Below, piece by piece: positions 46,492 to 54,979 of a stretch of 64,000 nt of DNA; position 1 is the stretch's first letter; each line of letters starts with the position of its first letter. Under the pieces are notes generated by a model, which was given only the letters and a program-made list of their open reading frames with translations, did not search any database and was not told where the DNA came from. This stretch comes from Escherichia phage PSD2001, in sequence record OK254198.1; one strand, given 5' to 3'. Made by a program: the position numbers and the translations under genes.

Positions 46492-48174
46492 TCATTCCAG
46501 AACAGTAAATCGACCGACTTTTTTCATTTGAAGATGCTGCCCATATGCTTCTGGGTCGTGTTCACGATGGCTAATGATAAACACGTTTTGACCTTCCAAT
46601 TTATTAATAATTGCCTGGATAGCTTTGATGCCTTCGGCGTCAGTGGCTGAATCCATGACCTCATCCAGAATCAACGTACTAATTTGCACACCAGATACTT
46701 TCGCAGCAATATCACGCCATGTAAACAGCAATGCAATATCGATACGAGCTTTTTCGCCCTGGCTAAATGATGCATAGCTGAAGTCTTCACGTCCACGAGA
46801 TTTAATCGTTTCGTTGAACTCTTCATCTAACGTAAAACTATAATCAGCTTCCATAACTTTAAGGTAAGCGTTTATCTGCTTATTAAAGATAGGAATATAT
46901 TTCTTAATAATCGCACCTTTGATACCAGAATCTTTCAACATATCCGTTAGGATGCCACGTTGATATTTTTCCATCACAAGGTCAGATTTCTGTTTGACTA
47001 TTTTATCAAGCTGGTCTTGAAGCATTTTAATGTCTGCTGCATGGTCAATAAATTCTGACTTAGCTTGCTCGATTAATGCTTTAACCTTTTTAGCCTTTTC
47101 AACAGTCTGGACTAAGGTTTGTTTCTTAGTTTGAATGTCTTGGGCTATTGTACGCTGGTTTTGTCTTGCAGCAGAATACGTATCAAATTGCTCCTGAACA
47201 GCATTCTGACGAGCTTTATGCTTATCAGCTGATGCATTACATTCTTCAATCTTTGACTCAATCCTGGCGACAATGGGGTCTCCTGGATGCAACTGACTGG
47301 CACAAGTCTGACAGCAACCACCTTTCTCGTACAGACCAACAACCTTTCGGTAATCGTCAATCTTCGATTTAATCAGGAATGATTCCTGCTTTAACTTCGT
47401 GAGTTCATGCTCAGGGTCTTCTCCCAAGATTATCTCGGTCAGTCTTGTCGTTGCTTCTTCGATAGTCGTTTTGATTCCACGTGCTTCCGTGGCAAGTTCA
47501 TCATACATCGTTTGCAGCCGCAACAGATTATCACCTGATAATTTTCTTTGACGGTCTTCGTTGTCCTGATAGATTTTAATCTGTTGAACAATACCATCAT
47601 GCTGCACATCCATCACCTGGATTTGACTATTGACTTCGCGGATAAGAGATTTGTTCAGCTTATCCATATCGGCCAGTACAGAAACCTCTAAAAGGTCTTC
47701 GACAAGTTTTCTTCTTGCAGGAGTGGATAGGCCCATAAAAGGGGTATATCCAGCTGTGCCGAGTACGACAATCTGTTTGAAGCTTGCATAGGACATTCCG
47801 ATAAGCTGTTCAAATTCTGCTTGGAAGTCTTTACTGCTGGCAGATTCATCAAGACGTTTACCGCCACAAGAGATTTCAAAAACATTGGGTTTTTGCCCGC
47901 GTTTGATATAGTATTCTTTTCCATCATATTCCATCCACAATTCAACGAGCATATCTTTTTTGTTGCTCGAGTTAATCAACTGGCCTTTCTTTACATCACG
48001 GAAAGGCTTACCGAACATAGCAAAGGTAACCGCTTCAAGGAACGTAGATTTACCCGCACCATTCTTACCGGTGACCAGAGTTTTTTGGACTTTATCCAGT
48101 TCAACAGTAATCGGTTGAGCACCAACCGACATAATATTTTTATAGATAACTTTCTTAAGCTTAAAAGTCTTCAC
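46492..48174 (-). CDS. 46: Recombination endonuclease subunit gp46 (Rad50/SbcC-like)
   Basis: 560 aa (same as T4 gp46); Walker A GKNGAGKST, long coiled coil, signature and D-loop region near the C-terminus. Confidence 0.9.
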   Translation of the reverse strand: MKTFKLKKVIYKNIMSVGAQPITVELDKVQKTLVTGKNGAGKSTFLEAVTFAMFGKPFRDVKKGQLINSSNKKDMLVELWMEYDGKEYYIKRGQKPNVFEISCGGKRLDESASSKDFQAEFEQLIGMSYASFKQIVVLGTAGYTPFMGLSTPARRKLVEDLLEVSVLADMDKLNKSLIREVNSQIQVMDVQHDGIVQQIKIYQDNEDRQRKLSGDNLLRLQTMYDELATEARGIKTTIEEATTRLTEIILGEDPEHELTKLKQESFLIKSKIDDYRKVVGLYEKGGCCQTCASQLHPGDPIVARIESKIEECNASADKHKARQNAVQEQFDTYSAARQNQRTIAQDIQTKKQTLVQTVEKAKKVKALIEQAKSEFIDHAADIKMLQDQLDKIVKQKSDLVMEKYQRGILTDMLKDSGIKGAIIKKYIPIFNKQINAYLKVMEADYSFTLDEEFNETIKSRGREDFSYASFSQGEKARIDIALLFTWRDIAAKVSGVQISTLILDEVMDSATDAEGIKAIQAIINKLEGQNVFIISHREHDPEAYGQHLQMKKVGRFTVLE

Positions 48175-48389
48175 AAAAGATTCCTTTTAATGTATCTTTT
48201 AGACCATTCTATCATATCATCATAATCTAAAAAGCATTCATCAAATTCAGCCATGCAAACCACTCCCTGCGCCGTTTTTGATGTGATATAAATTATTCCG
48301 ACATATCTCGAATCTTCTTCGGTATAATCAATATTTGCTACAAATTCATCATCAAGATTAAATTCAAAAGTCTTCATCATAATAAGCAT
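48171..48389 (-). CDS. Hypothetical protein (72 aa)
   Basis: Minus-strand ORF between 47 and 46, overlapping the 46 start. Confidence 0.45.
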   Translation of the reverse strand: MLIMMKTFEFNLDDEFVANIDYTEEDSRYVGIIYITSKTAQGVVCMAEFDECFLDYDDMIEWSKRYIKRNLL

Positions 48390-48627
48390 CCTTGATGCAT
48401 GATTCAGCCATATGAATTAATGTCTCTGGGGTATCATCTTCCATTACATTAAAGCTAAATTCTACGGCCCAATCGGTGACTACATAGACTTTGATAAGTT
48501 GACCGGTTTCCCGGTCAGTGATAGCTTCAAACCAATACTTAATAGTATTCGGTTGATTATCGTCGTCAACCACATCACATTCGCGGATATGTTCAAGACC
48601 CGCTTCATTAAAATCATAAAGTCTCAC
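48364..48627 (-). CDS. Hypothetical protein (87 aa)
   Basis: Minus-strand ORF between 47 and 46; acidic. Confidence 0.45.
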   Translation of the reverse strand: MRLYDFNEAGLEHIRECDVVDDDNQPNTIKYWFEAITDRETGQLIKVYVVTDWAVEFSFNVMEDDTPETLIHMAESCIKDAYYDEDF

Positions 48628-49643
48628 GGTTGCACCTCAAGGTATAATTTGTTGGCCAATGCTTTGAGAGCTTTTGACTCTTTCTCATTGGCGTCAGGTA
48701 ATGCATCGATATATTCTGCCATCATATCTGTTAAGCGTTTTATGTCTAACTCTTCATCAGAGTCTGATGTGTCAACACTGTTATCAACCTTATTGACAAC
48801 ACGCAATTCATGCACACGCTTTTCTAATTCAGATTCAAACTTGGTCAGGTCTTTATCGACTTTTTCTACAATAACACGGACTGATAAGTCTTTGAAGTCG
48901 TCGTAATTAATAGTTTCGTTTGGATAGAAAATCTTCCGATGCCAGGTGGTTTCATTCGGAATAAATTTCATCTCTTCGGTTTCTGTATCAAATTCCCAGA
49001 ATCCGCGCGGGTCATTCTCATCACCTGCTGTTAATGTCCATGGTGTCCCGATGTACTTAACGTTTGCAGCTTCTGAAATTGTGTGGAAGTGACCAGACCA
49101 AACTTGCTTGTACTTCTTAAGGAAATCAGGCTCAAGTCCGTGAGATTTCAATCCTTTATAGAAATAAAACCCAGTTAATTCCCAGTGACCGATGCAATAT
49201 TCAGCCCCAGAAGTTTTGATGTGTTGATGAATGTCAGTTGCGTTCTCGTCGCACATCCATGGAATCATATCAATCTGGCAACCGTCAAAATCAACAGTCG
49301 TTGGCTTATCATAGATTTTAACATGGTCATACTTATTCAGGAGTTCGGTGATAGCATTAGGATGAATCTTATTCTTCAGATTCATGTCATGATTCCCGAC
49401 TATCGTGTGCATAGTAATTCCTGCTTCACGAAGGAGTTCCATAATCTCACGGCTGAATTCCATCGTCTTATGCGTTACGGCCTTACGGACGTCAAAAATA
49501 TCCCCATATTGAATCCAGACTTTAATCCCATTCGCTTTGGAATATGCAATCGCTTGTAAAATACCATCGCGTTGAATGTTTTGAGCCCATGGGTCGTCAG
49601 CTTTGACACCTAAGTGCCAATCACCTAAATTTAAAATTTTCAT
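48624..49643 (-). CDS. 47: Recombination endonuclease subunit gp47 (Mre11/SbcD-like)
   Basis: Start at the ATG at 49643 (MKILNLGDWHLG), giving 339 aa as in T4 gp47; phosphoesterase motifs GDWH, GDIFD, GNHD. Confidence 0.9.
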   Translation of the reverse strand: MKILNLGDWHLGVKADDPWAQNIQRDGILQAIAYSKANGIKVWIQYGDIFDVRKAVTHKTMEFSREIMELLREAGITMHTIVGNHDMNLKNKIHPNAITELLNKYDHVKIYDKPTTVDFDGCQIDMIPWMCDENATDIHQHIKTSGAEYCIGHWELTGFYFYKGLKSHGLEPDFLKKYKQVWSGHFHTISEAANVKYIGTPWTLTAGDENDPRGFWEFDTETEEMKFIPNETTWHRKIFYPNETINYDDFKDLSVRVIVEKVDKDLTKFESELEKRVHELRVVNKVDNSVDTSDSDEELDIKRLTDMMAEYIDALPDANEKESKALKALANKLYLEVQP

Positions 49644-49783
49644 AAGCCAAGCACCGTTATCGCAATGCAAAATAAAATTACTGAAATGAACCCGTCAGGA
49701 GTAGAAAAGAATCCTATCCAACAAGCTCTTGTGAATGTGTAGAATGCCATGAATAACACGACATATCCTAAAAATAATTCCAT
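49640..49783 (-). CDS. Small hydrophobic peptide (47 aa) translationally coupled to gene 47
   Basis: MELFLGYVVLFMAFYTFTRACWIGFFSTPDGFISVILFCIAITVLGL; GAGGAG Shine-Dalgarno 5 nt upstream; stop overlaps the 47 ATG (ATGA). Confidence 0.35.
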   Translation of the reverse strand: MELFLGYVVLFMAFYTFTRACWIGFFSTPDGFISVILFCIAITVLGL

Positions 49784-49825
49784 ATACTCTCCTCAGTTGG
49801 TTCATTTTATCATCCCGAATATAAA

Positions 49826-49850
49826 GCAAAAAAGGAAGCGCTAGGCTTCC
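49826..49850 (-). terminator. Rho-independent terminator
   Basis: GGAAGC-gcta-GCTTCC hairpin followed by TTTTTT on the minus strand. Confidence 0.55.
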
Positions 49851-50072
49851 TTTCCAATTAATACACCGTACAGAGGTTCGTGAGAAGACCTGAACTTGAT
49901 AGGCTTATAGGTAATAGTACCTTCATTTTCTGCTTTAATGCGAGCGGCTTCAAATTGAAGAATCATCTCGTTTTTGTCAGATTTAATCTTATCAAAATCC
50001 ATCGAATTCATCATTCATATAACCTCTTAAACTTTTTCGTATTCGTCGTTCATTAGCCTGCTGTCCATGTTA

Positions 50073-50279
50073 TCATCGTTGCCACCATTTCTTAAGTTGA
50101 TGTGAGTCTACCCAAACTTTGGATGTCGGCTCAATTTTAACAATACCTTTTGGAACACCATAAGGGCCAAGGAGCTTACATTCGGTTTCGGTCTGCTTGA
50201 TACAGATATCACCATATGAGCGAAATCTGAAAGCGGCCCCTACACGAAGCCGCTTAAACGGTTTATTTACTAATGCCAT
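50073..50279 (-). CDS. Hypothetical protein (68 aa)
   Basis: Minus-strand ORF in the 47-55 interval. Confidence 0.4.
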   Translation of the reverse strand: MALVNKPFKRLRVGAAFRFRSYGDICIKQTETECKLLGPYGVPKGIVKIEPTSKVWVDSHQLKKWWQR

Positions 50280-50574
50280 TTACGATTTCCCAAATTTGTT
50301 TGCGAGTAGTTTCCCACATCAACTTAATCAGGTCTTCCGTAACTGGTTGGCGGTAAATTCCACGCAGTTTAACTAAAGCATATTTGTATGCTTCAAAATT
50401 GTTTTCCAGCACTGCCCCTTGAGCATGCTTATTCAGTCGTGCAATTTCACGAGCATTCTTTTTCAGAATCTTTGCTGCTTGACTCTGTGCTTCGAGTGCG
50501 TTCGCTTCTTCGAGACGTTCCTGTGCTTCTTCAATCTGCTTATCGGTCAGTTGAGAAATATCTGGAGCTTGCAT
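50263..50574 (-). CDS. Hypothetical protein (103 aa)
   Basis: Minus-strand ORF in the 47-55 interval; predicted helical. Confidence 0.45.
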   Translation of the reverse strand: MQAPDISQLTDKQIEEAQERLEEANALEAQSQAAKILKKNAREIARLNKHAQGAVLENNFEAYKYALVKLRGIYRQPVTEDLIKLMWETTRKQIWEIVNGISK

Positions 50575-50575
50575 A

Positions 50576-50827
50576 TTAATCCTTGGGAGTTAACTCAATT
50601 GTAAAATATAGATTAGCATTATCCACATGATAACGGTAATCAACGTTATTATCCGGTGAAGTAAATTCCAGATTCCGGACGTTTAAAGGGTCGATATCAA
50701 TTGGAAGACCTTTTATGTCTCGTAGATAAAGTTTAATGAAATATGGGAGAGCCGTAAAGTCTTCCTCGATTTTATCTAAAAAATCGGTAATATCAAATTG
50801 ATGTTCCATATAAAAAATCCAAATCAC
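50576..50827 (-). CDS. Hypothetical protein (83 aa)
   Basis: Minus-strand ORF overlapping the 3' end of gene 55. Confidence 0.4.
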   Translation of the reverse strand: MIWIFYMEHQFDITDFLDKIEEDFTALPYFIKLYLRDIKGLPIDIDPLNVRNLEFTSPDNNVDYRYHVDNANLYFTIELTPKD

Positions 50828-51350
50828 CCTCTTTATCTTTGGCGCTCTTATCAGACCCTGGCGCTTTAACTAAAGAGGATTCGTACTGTGTCATTTTGTC
50901 ATAGATGTCCTGGATAAATGTTTCATCAGCCAGAGCCACCATATCGTCGTCACGTGAATCATATACGTTATGGACGAAGTAGCTATATTTCTTTGCCATT
51001 TCTTTACGTTCTTTTTTGATACGCTGAACGAAAGCATTGAAGCAAGCCATTGTTATGTAAGCATGTGGATTATCGTATTTTGTTTCGTCGAAGTTGTGAA
51101 GACCTTTTATTGCGGCCTCAATTCCGTCTGCTATCATTTCTTGCTTCCAGGATTGGGTATATCCGGAGAAGTTGAAACGTTTGCTAAGACCTTCGGCTAT
51201 AAGCATAATCGCCAGACCGATAACATCGTTCTGGCGAATAATTTTGTTCGGGTCGGTGTTCGCATTCAGCTTCTGTTTCCACTCCGAAATAGCTTTCAAA
51301 AGCTCTTTATTATTTACATAGTTATTCTTGGTTAATTTAATTTCGTTCAT
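50793..51350 (-). CDS. 55: Late-transcription sigma factor gp55
   Basis: 185 aa (same as T4 gp55); long blocks [115 protein letters not shown] match T4 gp55. Confidence 0.92.
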   Translation of the reverse strand: MNEIKLTKNNYVNNKELLKAISEWKQKLNANTDPNKIIRQNDVIGLAIMLIAEGLSKRFNFSGYTQSWKQEMIADGIEAAIKGLHNFDETKYDNPHAYITMACFNAFVQRIKKERKEMAKKYSYFVHNVYDSRDDDMVALADETFIQDIYDKMTQYESSLVKAPGSDKSAKDKEGDLDFLYGTSI

Positions 51351-51398
51351 ATCGCCTCACTTAGTATATGAATATTATATCATCCTTAATACAAAGCA

Positions 51399-51665
51399 TT
51401 AGCGAAGTAAACAGTAAGCCTGGAAGACCTTCTCCATAATTGCCTTAAATTCATGGATGTCAATATAAGGGATAACCTCGGCATCACTAATGAATTCCAT
51501 CAGACGGTCATGCTCGTTGCGGTATTGTCCTTCATTCAACATACTGATATGGGACTCCCAAGAGCCATACCCTTCTGCGTGTGGGAAGAATGTTATTTTC
51601 ATGAATTCATCCACCCAAAACGTTCCCAGGTCCTGGATGGATATCATTGTATGATTGATGTGCAT
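51399..51665 (-). CDS. Hypothetical protein (88 aa)
   Basis: Minus-strand ORF in the 55-nrdG interval. Confidence 0.45.
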   Translation of the reverse strand: MHINHTMISIQDLGTFWVDEFMKITFFPHAEGYGSWESHISMLNEGQYRNEHDRLMEFISDAEVIPYIDIHEFKAIMEKVFQAYCLLR

Positions 51666-51931
51666 CAGTACACCATCTGGGCAGCTTCTAAAACATCGTC
51701 AAGCTTATCAAACTGGTCAACATAATCAATCCCACCTACTTCATCTTTAGCATACAACCAATACTGGTGGAATTCATATTCAATAATAAAGTGGTCACCT
51801 TCAATCTGGAGAACCCCATCACCATTAAATTGAACTGCATAACCCGTAAAGCGGACATCATTCAGGAGTTCTTCTTTCATAGTAATCATTTCCAAGTTTT
51901 TATCGTAATTAGAGAGTTTTATTTTAATCAT
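51665..51931 (-). CDS. Hypothetical protein (88 aa)
   Basis: Minus-strand ORF abutting neighbours. Confidence 0.45.
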   Translation of the reverse strand: MIKIKLSNYDKNLEMITMKEELLNDVRFTGYAVQFNGDGVLQIEGDHFIIEYEFHQYWLYAKDEVGGIDYVDQFDKLDDVLEAAQMVY

Positions 51932-52187
51932 TTAAGTAGTCCAGGAATTCGTCTAATGTCATGCCTTCCGCCCAAGCTTCCCAAGCATCGATTTTAGTGT
52001 ACTTGGTTTTAGTACACATAGGATAGATTTTGAATTCATACCCCATTGAAATGAAATAATTTAAAGTCCTTTGTAAATAGTAACCTTGACTAATTTTATG
52101 AGCTCGGCGAATTCCATTAGCATACGTATGTTTGTATGATACTATTACCGCAACACCTTCAGGTAATTCAATAGCGGGACACATCAT
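51924..52187 (-). CDS. Hypothetical protein (87 aa)
   Basis: Minus-strand ORF abutting neighbours. Confidence 0.45.
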   Translation of the reverse strand: MMCPAIELPEGVAVIVSYKHTYANGIRRAHKISQGYYLQRTLNYFISMGYEFKIYPMCTKTKYTKIDAWEAWAEGMTLDEFLDYLND

Positions 52188-52534
52188 TTCGCACCCTTAA
52201 TAATTTTCAGGTCAACAAAACCTTTCTTGCGCTGGGAGTTCATACGCTTGATGGCTTTATCGGAAACTTCTTTGTTTTCACGTGGGAGCGGTAGACCAAA
52301 CGCTACTACATCAAATTCATTCAGGATATACTGGACAAGGCTTTCACGAATACGCGCTTTACCCATTGTCTGACCTTCTGCAATAATTAGCTTCTGTACA
52401 TCGCCTTCCCACTGGTCCAGAATTTCAGGGGTAACGAAACCAGATTTCATGAGAGTGTTGACTTTAGCAAACGCGAAATTAGCGATGGTGTTAGTGATAG
52501 ATGCAGTCATGATATATTCCTCAGTCTCATTCAA
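52184..52534 (-). CDS. Hypothetical protein (116 aa)
   Basis: Minus-strand ORF downstream of inverted repeat 52553-52574. Confidence 0.45.
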   Translation of the reverse strand: MNETEEYIMTASITNTIANFAFAKVNTLMKSGFVTPEILDQWEGDVQKLIIAEGQTMGKARIRESLVQYILNEFDVVAFGLPLPRENKEVSDKAIKRMNSQRKKGFVDLKIIKGAK

Positions 52535-52582
52535 TTAAAATTTTATTATCCTGGGGTCATTATACCATGACCCCGTTGGTTT

Positions 52583-52780
52583 TTATTGCGCTTTAGCGGC
52601 TTTCCAGCCTTCATACATCATTGCGGCGGAAATTAACAAAGCACCCGAGCAACTTGAATATTTGTGATTCCAAAACCAGTTTAGAAAAACTTCGTCATCA
52701 ATACCTTGAGCTATCATATTTTCAAAGAACCGACGACGAGATTCAGCAATTCGCTGTGATAATTTAGATTCAGGATTCAT
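52583..52780 (-). CDS. Hypothetical protein (65 aa)
   Basis: Start at the ATG at 52780 (AGGA upstream), 7 nt after the upstream stop; the longer track frame overlaps the neighbour. Confidence 0.4.
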   Translation of the reverse strand: MNPESKLSQRIAESRRRFFENMIAQGIDDEVFLNWFWNHKYSSCSGALLISAAMMYEGWKAAKAQ

Positions 52781-52787
52781 GTTTTCC

Positions 52788-53081
52788 TCAGCTATAACGA
52801 TAGCACTCGTTTGATTTACGTTTTGCAACACGGTGAGAAGTATTATAATCAAAATCATCCTCAACGTATACATCTTTTTTCAACTGACGAACTTCTTTAC
52901 GCAGTTGACGATTCATCTCATTCTTGACTTCTGAATCAACACCACGCATACGCTTCCATTTGTCTGAACGGAAGATATTTTCTTCAACTTGTTCCTGACT
53001 TACACCATCAGGCGCCTGACGACGCCCTGAATAATAAAAATCTTTTACAGACAATTCTTTGCGACGAATAGTTTTACCCAT
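52788..53081 (-). CDS. Hypothetical basic protein (97 aa)
   Basis: Minus-strand ORF. Confidence 0.45.
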   Translation of the reverse strand: MGKTIRRKELSVKDFYYSGRRQAPDGVSQEQVEENIFRSDKWKRMRGVDSEVKNEMNRQLRKEVRQLKKDVYVEDDFDYNTSHRVAKRKSNECYRYS

Positions 53082-53083
53082 AG

Positions 53084-53338
53084 TTACCTCAGCAGTTTGT
53101 ATCCAATAAGATTTTTAATGTACTGGATATCTTTGACATCCAAATCCAACTTAAGGTCTTTCAGACGGTCGCCCAGGGTCAAAAAGGTTACATGTTTCCA
53201 ATTCTTCACTGGGCAACAATAAGTCTTAGGACCATTTGCAATTTCAATATTCTTATCAGTGACGGTGATAAAAATCAAACGTTCATCATCCAGATTAAGG
53301 GTGGCGACATTTTTAATTGAATGTAATTTCAGGCTCAT
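53084..53338 (-). CDS. Hypothetical protein (84 aa)
   Basis: Minus-strand ORF. Confidence 0.45.
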   Translation of the reverse strand: MSLKLHSIKNVATLNLDDERLIFITVTDKNIEIANGPKTYCCPVKNWKHVTFLTLGDRLKDLKLDLDVKDIQYIKNLIGYKLLR

Positions 53339-53517
53339 AATTTAGGTCCTTTTGCAACTGTATTGAACAAGCTACGGTCACACACCATCAACGGAGCATC
53401 AGGCCATTTCAAAGGACGATACCATACATCTTGGTCAGTCACTTTGGTTACTTGTACAGGATAACCATTTACAGAATAATACTGGTCGGCTTTAATTTCT
53501 TTATCTTCAATAGCCAT
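53335..53517 (-). CDS. Hypothetical protein (60 aa)
   Basis: Start at the ATG after the shared leader; the track N-terminus (IPSTTDEENKM) is translated leader. Confidence 0.4.
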   Translation of the reverse strand: MAIEDKEIKADQYYSVNGYPVQVTKVTDQDVWYRPLKWPDAPLMVCDRSLFNTVAKGPKL

Positions 53518-53584
53518 TTTGTTTTCCTCATCAGTAGTTGATGGGATAATGATACACCGTTCAAAGGGGCTTGTACACCCCTTT

Positions 53585-53950
53585 TTAATCTTCAATTAAG
53601 TCCTGGTCATACCCCAGGGATATCAGTTTTGTTTTAAAGGCAGGAATATTTGTCATTTTTTCATCATTGACAAAAATCACTGGGTAACGAATGTTAAGGG
53701 TAGGATATCCAGCACGCTTAGCCAAAGACACGATTAATGGCCTGTCATAAGCGATTTCAGAGCCTTGTTTGTTAAGGACTGAATAGAATGTATAAGGAAG
53801 GTTTAAGGAGCCCAGAAGGCTCCTGACGTGCATACAACCAGGGCATCGACCGACTTCTTCGGGGATACCATAGATTTCAATTTTAGTTAACTTTTGGTCC
53901 ACAGGAAATAACTCCTTGGTAGTCCCAAGTTGTGATATCTTCTTCGTCAT
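53585..53950 (-). CDS. Thioredoxin-fold protein with CPGC motif (possible NrdH-like redoxin); start uncertain
   Basis: IEIYGIPEEVGRCPGCMHV resembles a redoxin active site; the track frame extends to 54082 and overlaps the upstream ORF. Confidence 0.4.
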   Translation of the reverse strand: MTKKISQLGTTKELFPVDQKLTKIEIYGIPEEVGRCPGCMHVRSLLGSLNLPYTFYSVLNKQGSEIAYDRPLIVSLAKRAGYPTLNIRYPVIFVNDEKMTNIPAFKTKLISLGYDQDLIED

Positions 53951-54182
53951 CACCAGTTTTATATGGGATGTAAATCTGGATAAGGAATCCAGTGTCATCG
54001 AAAGAGAAATAAACCGTCGGTTTGATTCCGTGAATCTCTGATAGAGCATAGATGTCTTTAAGGTCTTCTTCCTTATCGACAAAGAATTCCGGGTTCAGGT
54101 CACAGTCATGGAAGTACCATTCATCACCGAACTTGTCCCATGCGGTCCAATTAGTAGTTACATATTCTTCAAAACGTTTCAT
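53883..54182 (-). CDS. Hypothetical acidic protein (99 aa)
   Basis: Minus-strand ORF. Confidence 0.45.
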   Translation of the reverse strand: MKRFEEYVTTNWTAWDKFGDEWYFHDCDLNPEFFVDKEEDLKDIYALSEIHGIKPTVYFSFDDTGFLIQIYIPYKTGDDEEDITTWDYQGVISCGPKVN

Positions 54183-54418
54183 TCTTTCACCTTCATCATT
54201 TTTGCAATGGTACTATGGACAGCCTGGATTCGTTTGTCGAACTCAGACCCTTCAAGGTCAGGATTGGTGCTTAACCAACCGATGATAACAAACAGCAAAC
54301 CAAACGGAATAGCCAGAATAAGCAGACAAACGATGAACAAAACAAGCGTTATGTTTGCCAGAATATCTGCTGCAGCATTTCTAAATTTATCCATATTTAC
54401 CCTTAATTGATTAACCAA
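54179..54418 (-). CDS. Small membrane protein (79 aa)
   Basis: One strongly hydrophobic helix (ITLVLFIVCLLILAIPFGLLFVIIGWL). Confidence 0.45.
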   Translation of the reverse strand: MVNQLRVNMDKFRNAAADILANITLVLFIVCLLILAIPFGLLFVIIGWLSTNPDLEGSEFDKRIQAVHSTIAKMMKVKE

Positions 54419-54508
54419 GCATTGATAAGCACTAAACTATACTGCGAATAAAATTCTGGACCAAAATGAAAAATCATATCATTTATAGTATCCATAATAT
54501 AATTAAAT

Positions 54509-54979
54509 TTAATCATGTTTCCACACCCCATCGGTATTTGACCAAAGTCGCTGATTATCTGACCCTCGCCACAGTTTTTTGGTCGGAAGATTTTTCTCAT
54601 ACTTCCCATCAATAATAACATCAACATATTTAAGCATTTCTAGTTGTTTAATATCTTCAAACTTATATCCTGTCCACAGCCAAATGCTTTTATTGGGATA
54701 AAGATTTTTAATAGTTTGAACCACAGAGTGAATAACATCTCGGTTATCAGGATAGAGAGGGTCTCCTCCAGTTATAGTTAATCCTTCTATATAATCATTA
54801 TTCAAACATTCAATTAATTGTTCTAGTGTTTCACCAGTGAATGGAACACCATTTCTAGCATTCCATGTTGATTTATTATAACACCCTTCGCATTTATGCA
54901 AACAACCTGTAACGAAAAGAACGACCCTACAACCAGGGCCATTCACAAAATCGCAAGGATAAAATCTATCATAATTCAT
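54509..54979 (-). CDS. nrdG: Anaerobic ribonucleotide reductase activating protein NrdG (radical SAM)
   Basis: 156 aa (same as T4 NrdG); Cys cluster CLHKCEGC. Confidence 0.9.
   Translation of the reverse strand: MNYDRFYPCDFVNGPGCRVVLFVTGCLHKCEGCYNKSTWNARNGVPFTGETLEQLIECLNNDYIEGLTITGGDPLYPDNRDVIHSVVQTIKNLYPNKSIWLWTGYKFEDIKQLEMLKYVDVIIDGKYEKNLPTKKLWRGSDNQRLWSNTDGVWKHD

Noticed and set aside
49644-49670. TTG-initiated extension of gene 47
   Set aside because: The T4-like N-terminus begins at the ATG at 49643, and the extension overlaps a coupled upstream small ORF.
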